DNA of 64,000 nucleotides from an uncultured Rhodobacteraceae bacterium (GCA_943788345.1 CALSPX010000015.1:86452-150451); one strand, 5' to 3'; positions 47,636 through 58,274 are shown, counted from the stretch's first letter. Made by a program: numbers and translations. The notes: generated by a model from the letters alone, not told the origin.

Positions 47636-49303
47636 ATGACTGATCACGCCGCATATACCCCCGCATTAAAAAAGCGCGCGCGCCATGCGCCCCTTGGGCT
47701 ATCCGCTGTTGCCGTACTGGTTGCGGCGATCTGCTTGTTGCCGATGATGGCGGTGGCCATCGCGGCGTTCAGTGGTGGTACGGGCACGGTATCACAGCTG
47801 TTAGGCTCTGTTTTGCCGCGCTACGTTGGCAACACTGCATTGCTGGTTGTGCTGGTTTCAATTGGGACGCTTTGCCTTGGCGTGGGCGCTGCATGGTTGG
47901 TGACGATGACCCGCTTTCCCGGTGTGCGATTGTTTGAAATTGCGTTGGTACTGCCGCTCGCATTTCCGTCCTATGTTTTGGCTTATGCTTATACCTATAT
48001 TCTGGATCATCCAGGGATCGTACAATCGACCCTGCGCGATGTGATGGGGTGGGGACCGCGTGATTATTGGTTCCCAGAGGTGCGTTCCCTTGGTGGTGCT
48101 GCCTTCATGCTGGTGCTGGTTTTATATCCTTATGTCTACTTGCTCGCGCGCGCTTCGTTCCTGCAGCAAAGTGGAACAACATTCCTTGCCGCACGGGCCC
48201 TTGGCAGCAGTGCATGGTCTGCGTTTTTCCGTGTGAGTTTGCCTTTGGCACGTCCTGCCATTGCGGGCGGTGTACTGTTGGCCGTTATGGAAACGATCGC
48301 TGACTTTGGAACGGTTGCGTACTTTGGCGTTCAGACATTCGCGACAGGTATTTACACAAGCTGGTTCACCTTGGCTGATCGTGGCGGCGCAGCACAACTT
48401 GCGCTTTGTTTACTCAGTTTTGCACTGCTGCTTGCGATGTTGGAGCGCATCCAACGGGGGCGGGCGAAATATTCAGATGCCGCACGCGGTGGTCAGGAAA
48501 AAACGCAGCTTCAGCTAAACGGCGTTCACGCGTTTGCGGCCTTTGCGTTGTGTTCTATTCCGGTGCTGTTGGGGTGTGTGTTGCCGGTTGTTGTTCTGTT
48601 CAACATGGGGCTGGGATCAGAACAAGATTTGCTGAGCAGTCGCTACCTAGCGTTCATTCAAAACTCGCTTACACTTGCAGGCATTGCCGCGGTTGTTACC
48701 GTTTGTGCGGCTGTCACAGTTGGCTTTTTCCAGCGCATGCAACCGGGGCGGTTTTCCAGCGCCACAGCTTACATTGCGCGTCTTGGTTACGCAGTGCCAG
48801 GCGGTGTTGTTGCCGTCGGCCTGTTGGTGCCCTTTGCGGCCTTTGACAACGCGTTGGATGCTTGGATGCGCAGCACGTTTGATATCTCAACCGGACTACT
48901 GGTGACGGGTTCCATCTGGTTGCTGATCATTGCCTATCTTGTCCGGTTCTCTGCTGCGGCCCTTGGTGCATATGAGGGGGGACAAGCATTGGTTCACGCC
49001 AACATGGACGCCGCCAGCCGATCCTTGGGGCAGACCCCTTGGGGCACATTACGCCGCGTGCATTTGCCGATCCTCACACCCAGCCTGTTGACTGCGTTGT
49101 TGATCGTGTTCGTGGATGTGATGAAAGAACTGCCTGCGACCCTGATCATGCGACCGTTCAACTATGACACTTTGGCGGTACAAGCGTATCGCCTCGCATC
49201 TGATGAGCGGCTTGAGGGCGCAGCGGTGCCCAGCTTGGTCATTGTTGCAATGGGGCTGTTGCCCGTGATCTTGATCTGCCGTCAGGTCGGGCGGGGGAAA
49301 TAG
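47636..49303 (+). CDS. Fe(III) ABC transporter permease (FbpB/FutB-like)
   Basis: Duplicated permease halves; LPLAFPSYVLAY, YPYVYL, AARALG, METIADFG, VMKELPATL. Confidence 0.88.
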   Translation: MTDHAAYTPALKKRARHAPLGLSAVAVLVAAICLLPMMAVAIAAFSGGTGTVSQLLGSVLPRYVGNTALLVVLVSIGTLCLGVGAAWLVTMTRFPGVRLFEIALVLPLAFPSYVLAYAYTYILDHPGIVQSTLRDVMGWGPRDYWFPEVRSLGGAAFMLVLVLYPYVYLLARASFLQQSGTTFLAARALGSSAWSAFFRVSLPLARPAIAGGVLLAVMETIADFGTVAYFGVQTFATGIYTSWFTLADRGGAAQLALCLLSFALLLAMLERIQRGRAKYSDAARGGQEKTQLQLNGVHAFAAFALCSIPVLLGCVLPVVVLFNMGLGSEQDLLSSRYLAFIQNSLTLAGIAAVVTVCAAVTVGFFQRMQPGRFSSATAYIARLGYAVPGGVVAVGLLVPFAAFDNALDAWMRSTFDISTGLLVTGSIWLLIIAYLVRFSAAALGAYEGGQALVHANMDAASRSLGQTPWGTLRRVHLPILTPSLLTALLIVFVDVMKELPATLIMRPFNYDTLAVQAYRLASDERLEGAAVPSLVIVAMGLLPVILICRQVGRGK

Positions 49304-49323
49304 GGGGCGCAAACCCCCTATTT
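49298..49323. terminator. Bidirectional terminator
   Basis: AAATAGGGGG-CGCAAA-CCCCCTATTT, a perfect 10-bp inverted repeat between convergent genes. Confidence 0.78.
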
Positions 49324-49327
49324 GATT

Positions 49328-50200
49328 TTAGGAATTGTCGCCAATTTTGTCTTGGGTCTGAGTGTCAAAATCTGACGCATCGTGACGTTCATGCAGTTGC
49401 TCGGATGGCTCGCCAAATGGACGGTTTACCATGCGACCCCGTTGAACGGCTGGACGCGCGTTGATCTTTTCAGCCCAGGCCATAACGTTTGTGTAAGACG
49501 CAACATCCAAGAATTCAGCGGCCGAATATAGGTTGCCCAAAACAAGCTGACCGTACCATGACCAGATTGCGATATCGGCGATGGTGTATTCGTCGCCAGC
49601 AATCCATGGGGTCTCTGCCAGTTGGCGGTCCAGAACATCAAGCTGACGCTTGGCTTCCATGGTGAAACGGTTGATTGGGTATTCGTATTTTTCCGGTGCA
49701 TAGGCATAGAAGTGACCAAAGCCGCCACCCAAATATGGTGCGCTGCCCATTTGCCAGAACAACCAGTTCATCGTCTCAGCGCGTTTGACAGGATCGCTTG
49801 GAACCAATGCGCCAAATTTATCCGCAAGATACAACATGATCGATGCGCTTTCGAATAGGCGCACAGGCTTGTCACCTGAATGGTCCATCATCGCAGGAAT
49901 TTTTGAGTTTGGATTGATATCGACAAAACCAGAACCGAACTGATCGCCTTCGCCAATGTTCACAAGATAGGCGTCATATTCTGCGCCCTCAAAGCCCATC
50001 GCCAATAGCTCTTCCAGCATGATGGTGACTTTGATGCCGTTTGGTGTGGCAAGGGAATGAAGCTGCAAAGGGTGCTTACCTACTGGCAGCTCTTTATCGT
50101 GGGTCGCGCCAGCAATAGGGCGGTTGATGTTGGCGAATTTGCCACCGCTGCTTTGCTCCCATGTCCAGACGGCTGGTGGTGTATATGTTGGATCGCTCAT
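49328..50200 (-). CDS. yghU: Glutathione-dependent disulfide-bond oxidoreductase (Nu-class GST)
   Basis: FANINRPIAG, SLATPNG, INPNSKIPA, WLFWQMGSAP, ERHDASDF. Confidence 0.93.
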   Translation of the reverse strand: MSDPTYTPPAVWTWEQSSGGKFANINRPIAGATHDKELPVGKHPLQLHSLATPNGIKVTIMLEELLAMGFEGAEYDAYLVNIGEGDQFGSGFVDINPNSKIPAMMDHSGDKPVRLFESASIMLYLADKFGALVPSDPVKRAETMNWLFWQMGSAPYLGGGFGHFYAYAPEKYEYPINRFTMEAKRQLDVLDRQLAETPWIAGDEYTIADIAIWSWYGQLVLGNLYSAAEFLDVASYTNVMAWAEKINARPAVQRGRMVNRPFGEPSEQLHERHDASDFDTQTQDKIGDNS

Positions 50201-50287
50201 GGCATTGGCCTTTTTGTTTGAAGTTAACGTCTAACCTATGCTGCCGACCGTCAGGTACAAGGGGACATCGATAAAACTGACGTGAGG

Positions 50288-51313
50288 CTATCGAGTGATG
50301 TCGACCCAGACAAGGTGATGGCGGCTGGCGGTCTTGGCGATGTCGGCCAACGGGTCGCTTGGCTTGGGCCAGAGAACACCGCTGTCGTTGATTGTCCACT
50401 CGACTGAGGGCAGCACATAATCAACACGCATGTTCCCCGGTGTGGGTTCTGACCAATCGACAGTGTCAGTATCTTGGGTGGGGCTATGTCCGCGCGGTTT
50501 GGCATCTTGGACCCGTTGATCAGCCAATAGGTTGATGATCGCCCTGCGTCGCCCTTCACCTGCGTTGGGGTCTAGGTTTGCGTCACCTGCGATGACAAAG
50601 GGGGTGGCAATGGGTTCGCCAATGTGGCCGTCTAAATATTGTTGCCACAGCCTGACTTCATCGTGATTGCGGTTGCCATTGCGGTCTTCGGGTCCGTCGA
50701 ACACAGGTGGCGTTGCGTGGAAAGTCATCAGGTGAAATGGCCCGTTGGGGCCGTCTATTGGCACGATCCAATGGCCTGTATTTGAAAGGCGTTGGGCGTC
50801 CAACACTTCGGCTGTTAGGAAAGGTTTGCCGTTTAGGACTGGTAGGGATGGATACGGAACATCGCGCCAGAGCAAGGCTGAGAAATCTTGAACCTCACCT
50901 GCATCAATTGGGAACTTCGACATAACGGCCATACCGCGATGGCCTGAAAACCAGCCATATCCTTGCGCATCATTTGGCCCGCCAAGACGTCCATCGCCGT
51001 TCAGGTCTAACCCCGTCGCCATGCCCGTATTGGGCCGTGCCGCAAAGATGTGGGGGTATCCTGCTTGGTCTGCAAACAGTCGCAGCGCGAGGTTCGTTAG
51101 GTCATAGTCAAACCCCTGCAATGCAATCACATCGGGTTGGGCGTGTTTGATGAAGTTCAATACCGCGATCACTTGAGGATCGTTGCCACTGGCGATATCG
51201 CGCAGCAGCAAGCCGGGGCCTTTCCGGGACAATTCGGTATTGTAGGTCGCTATGCGAAGGGTTTCAGCACTTAGGAATTGCGCTGATAGAAGTAAAAGGC
51301 AGCCAGTGATTAA
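50288..51313 (-). CDS. Endonuclease/exonuclease/phosphatase family protein, probably secreted; start codon unclear
   Basis: LRIATYN, PDVIALQ, DLNGDG, HATPPVFDG, AGDANLD, RVDYVLP, SRHHLV. The only in-frame ATG upstream of the domain is at 51439, inside the previous gene. Confidence 0.8.
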   Translation of the reverse strand, partial: LITGCLLLLSAQFLSAETLRIATYNTELSRKGPGLLLRDIASGNDPQVIAVLNFIKHAQPDVIALQGFDYDLTNLALRLFADQAGYPHIFAARPNTGMATGLDLNGDGRLGGPNDAQGYGWFSGHRGMAVMSKFPIDAGEVQDFSALLWRDVPYPSLPVLNGKPFLTAEVLDAQRLSNTGHWIVPIDGPNGPFHLMTFHATPPVFDGPEDRNGNRNHDEVRLWQQYLDGHIGEPIATPFVIAGDANLDPNAGEGRRRAIINLLADQRVQDAKPRGHSPTQDTDTVDWSEPTPGNMRVDYVLPSVEWTINDSGVLWPKPSDPLADIAKTASRHHLVWVDITR

Positions 51314-52152
51314 GCCGGTAGCATACCGCCATCTTCGACCGCGTTTGCATAAGTGCGACGGCGTTTCTCTTCGATCATGTCCGCAATTTTGCCCATCGCG
51401 ATACCGCGCATAATCATGCTGGCAGGAAGGAAGGCCCATGCGCTCATTGTCCAGATCAAGGTTTGCGGGTTCTCTAATGTAATTGGGTGTATCAGGTCAG
51501 CGGCCATTTTGACCACTGCAGGGATAAAGAATGGCAGCAAGAAGCCAAAGGCAATGTTGAAACGCGCATCACGGCGTAGTCGAACCAAAACGTCTCCGCC
51601 TGCAGTTGGATCAAACAATGGCAGGTTGATCCAAACGTTGAAGGCCCCCTTGCGTGAGGGCCAGTTCAGAACGCGAACAAGGATCAGAAATGCTGTCATG
51701 GCGATCAATGAGATAAGGTAGCTCAGACCGGCAGAGGTGCGCACTGCACTCACAACGTCATTTTCAGAGGTGTTAGGCAACATCAGAACGACCAGGCGTA
51801 CTGGTGAGTATGGTAAATCAATTGCGTTGCCAACAATCAGACCAATCGAGGTCAATGCGTTGGTCACGGCTATTGGGTCGGTTTTGCCCTTGGTGATCAA
51901 ACTTAGCATGAACACGGTCGTGAACAGCGCGACAAAACGCAAACGGTTAAACGGTGCAGCATCGCGAAACTCAACAATACTTGGGGATTTGGAATTATAT
52001 TCTGCAAAGGTCAGGAAGCCTGCCAACATAGCCATCAGCATCACCACTTGGGAGCTGTCTTTTGCAATGTTTGGCAAAAGCAATGCGGGCGTTGCCAGAA
52101 GCAATGCCACAAGGACTCCGCGCGCCGCAGCGCCTGTAATTCATGCTATCAC
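51310..52152 (-). pseudogene. Multi-pass membrane hypothetical protein with TGA at codon 4 (possible restart at GTG 52110)
   Basis: AAGGGA RBS, then GTG ATA GCA TGA ATT ACA GGC GCT GCG GCG CGC GGA..., in frame with the 266-aa ORF (EFRDAAPFNRLRF, FNVWINLPLFDPTAGGD). Confidence 0.55.
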
Positions 52153-52390
52153 TGTTCGTTCCCTTACAAACTGGCCAGTCGCGATACGTGCCGCGTACTT
52201 GTTCCAACTTGATCCTGCCAACGGGGGCAGCTTGCCTCATTATTGCCCCATTTGTGCCTTGTTTCGAATGGCGGCTCAAGTCGTGGTTTCATAAGACTTA
52301 AGTTATGAGGCGTTTTAGGGGAGGGTGTGGTGCGTTCTTGCATCATAAGTGTGGCGAGATCGCGTCAACCTATGCGAGTGATGCCATATG

Positions 52391-52417
52391 TTGTGGGCGC
52401 GAGAGCCGCGCCCACAA
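52391..52417. terminator. Perfect 11-bp hairpin downstream of leuD (terminator-like or REP-like)
   Basis: TTGTGGGCGCG-AGAGC-CGCGCCCACAA; no clear U tract. Confidence 0.5.
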
Positions 52418-52464
52418 GTTGCAACTTGGAATTGAGAATTAGCGTTAACCAATTCAGCCAATAT

Positions 52465-53070
52465 TTAGACCCAAGGACGCTGAGTTTGTGCTGCTGCTTC
52501 GAATGTATCGATTGAAGCCGCTTTTTCCATAGTTAGGCCGATATCGTCCAGGCCCTGCATCAGGCAGTGCTTTTTGAACGCGTCGACTTCAAACTTGAAC
52601 ACTTCGCCGTCTGAGGTTGTGACAGTCTGTTCTTCGATATCCACTGTCATGCGGGCGTTTGCCCCTTTTTCAGCGTCCTTCATTAGAACGTCGATTTGCT
52701 CTTGTGGCAAAGCGATTGGCAAGATGCCGTTCTTAAAGCAGTTGTTGTGAAAGATGTCGGCAAAGCTAGGTGCGATAACGCATGTGATGCCAAAGTCTGC
52801 AATCGCCCAAGGCGCGTGCTCGCGGGATGAGCCACACCCAAAGTTGTCACCAGCTATGATGATCTGTGCATCGCGGTATGCGTCTTGGTTCAAGACGAAT
52901 GTCGGGATTTCGTTGCGATCGTCGTCATAACGCATCTCGTCAAACAGGTTCACGCCTAGGCCTGAACGCTTGATGGTTTTCAAGAATTGCTTTGGGATGA
53001 TCATATCCGTGTCGATGTTGATCAATGGCATTGGGGCTGCAATGCCGGTGAGTGTGTTGAACTTTTCCAT
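52465..53070 (-). CDS. leuD: 3-isopropylmalate dehydratase small subunit
   Basis: [35 protein letters not shown]. Confidence 0.98.
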   Translation of the reverse strand: MEKFNTLTGIAAPMPLINIDTDMIIPKQFLKTIKRSGLGVNLFDEMRYDDDRNEIPTFVLNQDAYRDAQIIIAGDNFGCGSSREHAPWAIADFGITCVIAPSFADIFHNNCFKNGILPIALPQEQIDVLMKDAEKGANARMTVDIEEQTVTTSDGEVFKFEVDAFKKHCLMQGLDDIGLTMEKAASIDTFEAAAQTQRPWV

Positions 53071-54476
53071 TACATCATCTCCCGAACGTCGGTTAGTTTG
53101 CCCGTGATCGCTGCGGCCGCTGCCATGCCCGGAGACATAAGGTGCGTACGACCACCGCGGCCCTGACGGCCTTCAAAGTTACGGTTTGAGGTTGCAGCGC
53201 AACGCTCGCCCGGTGCCAGTTGGTCTGGGTTCATCGCAAGACACATGGAACAACCCGCAAGGCGCCATTCAAAGCCAGCATCCTTAAAGATGTCCGCAAG
53301 GCCTTCTTCTTCAGCTTGTGCACGCACAAGGCCAGAGCCTGGAACGATCATCGCGCGGATACCGTCTTTGACTTTTTTGCCCTTCAGGATTTCCGCAGCG
53401 GCGCGCAAGTCTTCGATACGGCCGTTGGTGCAGGACCCAATAAACACAGTGTCGATTTCAACTTCTGACAATGGCTGACCAGCTTTTAGGCCCATGTAGT
53501 CCAAAGCACGTTGGGCAGCTTCGACTTTACCACCGGTAAAGCTGTCAGCAGATGGAACCAATGCAGTGATTGGCAGCACATCCTCTGGGGATGTGCCCCA
53601 AGTGACCAATGGCGCGATGTCTTCGGCTTTGATCACAAGGATCTCGTCCCAATGTGCATCTTCGTCAGAGAACAGTGTTTTCCACCATGTTAAAGCAGCT
53701 TCCCACTGTGCGCCCTTAGGTGCGTGTGGACGGCCCATGCAGTATTCAAATGTCTTCTCATCTGGCGCGATCAGGCCAGCGCGCGCGCCGCCTTCAATCG
53801 CCATGTTGCAGACAGTCATACGACCTTCCATGGACAGTTCGCGGATCGCTTCGCCACAATACTCGATGACATAGCCAGTACCGCCAGCGGTCCCAGTTTT
53901 GCCAATCACAGCCATGGTGATGTCTTTTGCGGTCACACCATGGGCTAGTTTGCCGGTGATCTCGACTTTCATGTTCTTGGATTTCTTCTGGATCAACGTT
54001 TGTGTCGCCAGAACGTGCTCAACCTCAGATGTGCCGATGCCGTGTGCCAATGAACCAAACGCGCCGTGTGTCGCAGTGTGGCTGTCACCACAAACAACAG
54101 TCATGCCCGGAAGGGTCCAACCTTGCTCTGGGCCAACGATGTGCACGATGCCTTGGCGCACGTCAGACACTGGATAGTAGTGAATGCCGAATTCTTTGGC
54201 GTTCGTGTCCAGTGCATTCACTTGGATGCGGCTGTCTTCGGTCATCGTTGTCGCGTCAGCACGGTCCAAAGTTGTTGGAACGTTGTGATCTGGAACAGCA
54301 ATTGTTTTCTCAGGAGCGCGTACTTTGCGGCCTGACATACGCAGACCTTCAAAGGCTTGCGGGCTGGTTACTTCGTGCACCAAGTGACGGTCGATATACA
54401 GCAAGCAAGTGCCGTCATCAGCCTCGTGTGCGAGGTGTGCATCCCAGATTTTATCATATAGCGTTTTGGGGGACAT
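53070..54476 (-). CDS. leuC: 3-isopropylmalate dehydratase large subunit
   Basis: [43 protein letters not shown]. Confidence 0.98.
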   Translation of the reverse strand: MSPKTLYDKIWDAHLAHEADDGTCLLYIDRHLVHEVTSPQAFEGLRMSGRKVRAPEKTIAVPDHNVPTTLDRADATTMTEDSRIQVNALDTNAKEFGIHYYPVSDVRQGIVHIVGPEQGWTLPGMTVVCGDSHTATHGAFGSLAHGIGTSEVEHVLATQTLIQKKSKNMKVEITGKLAHGVTAKDITMAVIGKTGTAGGTGYVIEYCGEAIRELSMEGRMTVCNMAIEGGARAGLIAPDEKTFEYCMGRPHAPKGAQWEAALTWWKTLFSDEDAHWDEILVIKAEDIAPLVTWGTSPEDVLPITALVPSADSFTGGKVEAAQRALDYMGLKAGQPLSEVEIDTVFIGSCTNGRIEDLRAAAEILKGKKVKDGIRAMIVPGSGLVRAQAEEEGLADIFKDAGFEWRLAGCSMCLAMNPDQLAPGERCAATSNRNFEGRQGRGGRTHLMSPGMAAAAAITGKLTDVREMM

Positions 54477-54532
54477 ATGGTCCTCTCCCTTTGGTTGGTT
54501 TGAATTTTTAGGCGTATTGGGTGGGCGCGGGT

Positions 54533-54634
54533 TTACAGTCGTGCCAGCACGGTATGGGTCGCCCCAAAGAACCGTTCACCCAATCGGGTGCGGTCGCATA
54601 TGTCAAAAAGCCCAATGCTTATTAGCCATGTCAT
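54533..54634 (-). CDS. Candidate 33-aa upstream ORF / leader of leuCD
   Basis: ATG at 54634, [33 protein letters not shown], ending 56 nt before leuC on the same strand. Confidence 0.35.
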   Translation of the reverse strand: MTWLISIGLFDICDRTRLGERFFGATHTVLARL

Positions 54635-54726
54635 AGGGGTCAGATACAGGGCTTGCCTATGTCTCGCAAGGGCGTGCACAGATCTACGGATATTGCGTGT
54701 TGAGATGGTGCATGCAAAGATTGAAC

Positions 54727-56046
54727 ATGGAACCAGAAAACCTGCCGCAAATGACAATTTATCAAGAACTTGAAGTCTTGCTGACCGGCGCAATGCGCTT
54801 TGTCGAAAGCTTGATGATGCCGGGGTGGCGACTGTATCAAGTTCTGATTATTCTTGCTTTAATCGCCATCTCCTATGGAATGCATCACTTGTCAGGACGC
54901 TGGTTGCAGGCGTGGGTTCGTTCGCGCGATGGCTGGAAGACATGGCAACTGCGGATGATTGTCCCAATACGCCAGCGTCTTGGGCTGGTGTGGTTTTCGG
55001 CGCTGGGCTGGATCATTTGGGGCGTCATGCAAAGCACCACATGGCCGTCACGTTCCTATCTCATTGGGTTGGCGGCCACGCTCGCAACCGCATGGCTGCT
55101 GATCGCATTTGTATCGCGCTTTGTGCGCAATCGTCCACTGCGGATCATTGTGCGTTGGGGGCTGTGGATCTTTGCCACTCTCTATTACCTGAATGTGCAC
55201 GACGCCGTGGGCGCATTCCTTGATGACCTTGCATTTGAGTTTGGTGATTTTCGCATTTCGATCATGACGATTATTTCTGCGTTGGTGGTGATTGGTGTTC
55301 TTCTGACCTTGGCGCGCATCGGGTCCACAACGACAGCAACAACAATTCGACGTAACGAAGACATCAGCCCGTCGATGCAGGTTCTTGCTGTTAAGGCTGT
55401 GCAAATCACGCTGTACGGGTTTGCGTTCTTTATCGGGATCAACACAGTTGGGATCGACCTGTCTGGTCTTGCGATCCTGACGGGTGCCATTGGTGTTGGC
55501 CTTGGTTTTGGTTTGCAAAAGGTGATCTCGAACCTGGTGTCTGGTGTGATCATCCTGCTCGACAAGTCGATCAAACCGGGTGACGTGATTTCACTGGGCG
55601 AGACGTTTGGTTGGATACAAACCCTAGGCGCACGTTATGCGTCAGTGGTCACGCGGGACGGTAAGGAATACCTAATTCCGAACGAGGACCTGATCACGAA
55701 CCAAGTGGTGAACTGGTCGCATTCCAATGATTATGTGCGCCTCGATATATTCTTTGGCACAGCCTACAGCGATGACCCGCACAAAGTCCGCGAATTGGCG
55801 ATCGAGGCCGCGACGACTGTTGAACGTGTTCTGGATTACCCAAAGCGGCCCGTATGTCACATCGTTGGATTTGGGGACAGTTCGGTGGATTATATCCTGC
55901 GGTTCTGGATCAAAGACCCGACAGGTGGCCTCACTAATATTCGTGGTGGGGTATATCTAGCGCTTTGGGATGCGTTCAAAGCCAATAATATCTCTATTCC
56001 ATTCCCTCAACGCGAGGTGCGGATGCTAGAGGAAGGCGGCGATTGA
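54727..56046 (+). CDS. MscS-family mechanosensitive channel
   Basis: GAIGVGLGFGLQ, NLVSG, IKPGDVI, LIPNE, ISIPFPQR. Confidence 0.92.
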   Translation: MEPENLPQMTIYQELEVLLTGAMRFVESLMMPGWRLYQVLIILALIAISYGMHHLSGRWLQAWVRSRDGWKTWQLRMIVPIRQRLGLVWFSALGWIIWGVMQSTTWPSRSYLIGLAATLATAWLLIAFVSRFVRNRPLRIIVRWGLWIFATLYYLNVHDAVGAFLDDLAFEFGDFRISIMTIISALVVIGVLLTLARIGSTTTATTIRRNEDISPSMQVLAVKAVQITLYGFAFFIGINTVGIDLSGLAILTGAIGVGLGFGLQKVISNLVSGVIILLDKSIKPGDVISLGETFGWIQTLGARYASVVTRDGKEYLIPNEDLITNQVVNWSHSNDYVRLDIFFGTAYSDDPHKVRELAIEAATTVERVLDYPKRPVCHIVGFGDSSVDYILRFWIKDPTGGLTNIRGGVYLALWDAFKANNISIPFPQREVRMLEEGGD

Positions 56047-56197
56047 GCCTTAATCGCAACGTTGCACTGCGGCATGATTGTCAAAAGCTTGAACTGTTGT
56101 TGAATTGTCAGGTAAGTGTCGGTAAGTGACGATTTCCCAGCGCCGTAGGTCTATGGCGCGATTCTAGGAGGACAATGTCCTGTCAATCCAATCAGAC

Positions 56198-56605
56198 GTG
56201 GCCGGCGCCACGCAAGACGGAGCACCGCTAATGGCATCTGCTTACTCTAAAGCGACAAGCGACACGCTGTTGGCCGCCGTCCTTTCATCCCTTGATGATG
56301 ACAAAGCTGAAGACGTTGTGCAGATCGATCTGCGCGGCAAAACGGCTATTGGCGACCACATGGTGGTTTGCTCGGGTCGTTCCTCGCGTCAAGTTTCTGC
56401 AATCTCTGAAAAGCTGGTTGAGCGTTTGAAGACTGAATTTGGTCACTTCTCACGTATCGAAGGCAAGAACACAGGCGACTGGGTTTTGGTTGATACGGGC
56501 GATATCATCGTTCACGTTTTCCGTCCTGAAGTGCGTGAGTTCTATCAGTTGGAAAAAATGTGGCAGTTGTCACCTGCTGACATCGAGTCAGAACAGTCCA
56601 CCTGA
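56198..56605 (+). CDS. rsfS: Ribosome silencing factor
   Basis: DDKAED, SGRSSRQV, DWVLVDTGDIIVHVF, REFYQLEKMW; start uncertain. Confidence 0.95.
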   Translation: MAGATQDGAPLMASAYSKATSDTLLAAVLSSLDDDKAEDVVQIDLRGKTAIGDHMVVCSGRSSRQVSAISEKLVERLKTEFGHFSRIEGKNTGDWVLVDTGDIIVHVFRPEVREFYQLEKMWQLSPADIESEQST

Positions 56606-56617
56606 TTGCGCATTTAG

Positions 56618-57088
56618 ATGCGTGTACATATTTGCGCTGTGGGCCGGCTACGGGCTGGCCCCGAAGCGGACCTCATTTCAGATTACACCACACGATTTGA
56701 CCGCACTGGGCGGGCGCTGGGCCTTGGCCCAGTTAAAGTCGTTGAGGTCGAAGATCGCAAAAACGCAGGAATGGGTGCAGAAGCTGAATTGCTGCGCCGT
56801 GCCTTGCCAAAGGGCTGTGTGATTTGCTGTCTTGATGAACGAGGCAAAGTCGAAACCTCTCCTGCTTTCGCCAAACGATTGGGCAACTGGCGGGATGCAG
56901 GGCGCGGTGATGTTGCGTTTGTTATTGGTGGCGCGGATGGTATTGATCCATCCTTGCGCGCAGATGCCGATCACTTGCTGTCATTTGGTGCAATGGTGTG
57001 GCCGCACATGATGGTGCGTGTGATGCTGAGCGAACAATTGTACCGCGCAGCATCTATTCTTGCAGGCTTGCCCTACCACAGGGTTTGA
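56618..57088 (+). CDS. rlmH: 23S rRNA m3-pseudouridine-1915 methyltransferase
   Basis: [35 protein letters not shown]; follows rsfS. Confidence 0.96.
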   Translation: MRVHICAVGRLRAGPEADLISDYTTRFDRTGRALGLGPVKVVEVEDRKNAGMGAEAELLRRALPKGCVICCLDERGKVETSPAFAKRLGNWRDAGRGDVAFVIGGADGIDPSLRADADHLLSFGAMVWPHMMVRVMLSEQLYRAASILAGLPYHRV

Positions 57089-57104
57089 GCAACGCGTGGA
57101 TCGC

Positions 57105-57509
57105 TTAGGTGATCAGCAAAGCCAAGTTATATAAAGACGTTGCGGAAATCCCGAACAGGGTCGCCATCATACCACGGACTCGCAATTTCATGTTTTTCTC
57201 TGTGAAGGCAAAGGCATAACCATGTGCAAGACGCCCAACGAAGAACACCAACGCCAAGATTGAGACAACAACCGCGTTGCCGCCTTGCAGTTCTGCCAGT
57301 GCAATCAGGATGACAAAGATGGGGGCATATTCCGCAAGGTTTCCTTGGGCACGGATACGGCGTTCCATCATGCTATCACCGCCGTCACCGGTTGAAAGGC
57401 TCAGAGAACGGCGTCCTTTGATGACTGTCCAGCTGAGGGCCAAAAGCAAAAATGCCAGTCCACATGTTAGAAGAGTGGTGATCGGAAGCGAGATCGTATC
57501 CATGTCCAA
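57105..57509 (-). CDS. MAPEG family membrane protein
   Basis: IRAQGNLAEYAP and GRLAH motifs; four hydrophobic helices. Confidence 0.85.
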   Translation of the reverse strand: MDMDTISLPITTLLTCGLAFLLLALSWTVIKGRRSLSLSTGDGGDSMMERRIRAQGNLAEYAPIFVILIALAELQGGNAVVVSILALVFFVGRLAHGYAFAFTEKNMKLRVRGMMATLFGISATSLYNLALLIT

Positions 57510-57530
57510 ATAGTCCTCAAAGGTTTCAAA

Positions 57531-58229
57531 TTACGATGGTGGGTCAATCAAAATCAGGCGGGATTGAGAGGCAAACTCGCGGCGATACAAAACACCGATG
57601 GTGAACAGAGTTGCCGCAATCAGTGGAACAGCACCCGCAATCCATGCGGCCGTTGCCAGTGCGAAATACAAGCTGCGCAGGCCACGGTTAAAGCCACGTG
57701 CGGCAGTTATCCCGATCTCGGCAGCCTGCCGTGCGCGTGGTAAACAAAGTGGATCAGTTGTGTCGTTCGGGGTCGCTGCAACCAAAACGGCGGTGTACCC
57801 AAACAGGCGGTTGGACCACACGAATTTTAGGAACGCATTGGTCAGAAACAACGCGATCGCCATCAGCTTGACCTCCCAAACAAATGCGGGATCTTGGCCC
57901 AAGGTTAGCTCATTTGCAAAGCCGCTTAGTTCTTCACCATTGCCAACCAACGCCAGCGTACCACCAATTGCCAACATCGACGTGGACGCAAAGAATGCAG
58001 TGCCTTGGCGCAAGCTGCCGATGATCTGTGCATCAAAAATACGTGGTTGCCGGGTGGTCATCTGGACCATCCATTCACGGCGGTATTGACCCATCAACAT
58101 CGACACGGAGGGTCGGTGCGTGGGCGGGTTTTCAATGACCCAACCAACGATGGCCCAGCTGATGATAACAAAAGCGAGGCCTGCAAAATCAAGTGATGAA
58201 AAAAGTGTAAAACGATCTGTCCATGTCAT
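57531..58229 (-). CDS. DUF599 family membrane protein
   Basis: YRREWM, RIFD, AFFAST, FLKFVWS, FNRGLRSLYF and RREF motifs. Confidence 0.78.
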   Translation of the reverse strand: MTWTDRFTLFSSLDFAGLAFVIISWAIVGWVIENPPTHRPSVSMLMGQYRREWMVQMTTRQPRIFDAQIIGSLRQGTAFFASTSMLAIGGTLALVGNGEELSGFANELTLGQDPAFVWEVKLMAIALFLTNAFLKFVWSNRLFGYTAVLVAATPNDTTDPLCLPRARQAAEIGITAARGFNRGLRSLYFALATAAWIAGAVPLIAATLFTIGVLYRREFASQSRLILIDPPS

Positions 58230-58274
58230 GCCTGAACGTTAGCTGGTGCCGAAGAAACTTGCCATACCGATAAA

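Noticed and set aside
52141-52143. Selenocysteine or Trp recoding of the in-frame TGA
   Set aside because: TGA is the ordinary stop for many genes here, the position best fits Arg (CGA), and no Cys-type redox motif is involved.
56105-56130. GGTAAGTG repeated twice at 10-bp spacing upstream of rsfS
   Set aside because: Only two copies of a short motif with no supporting context.
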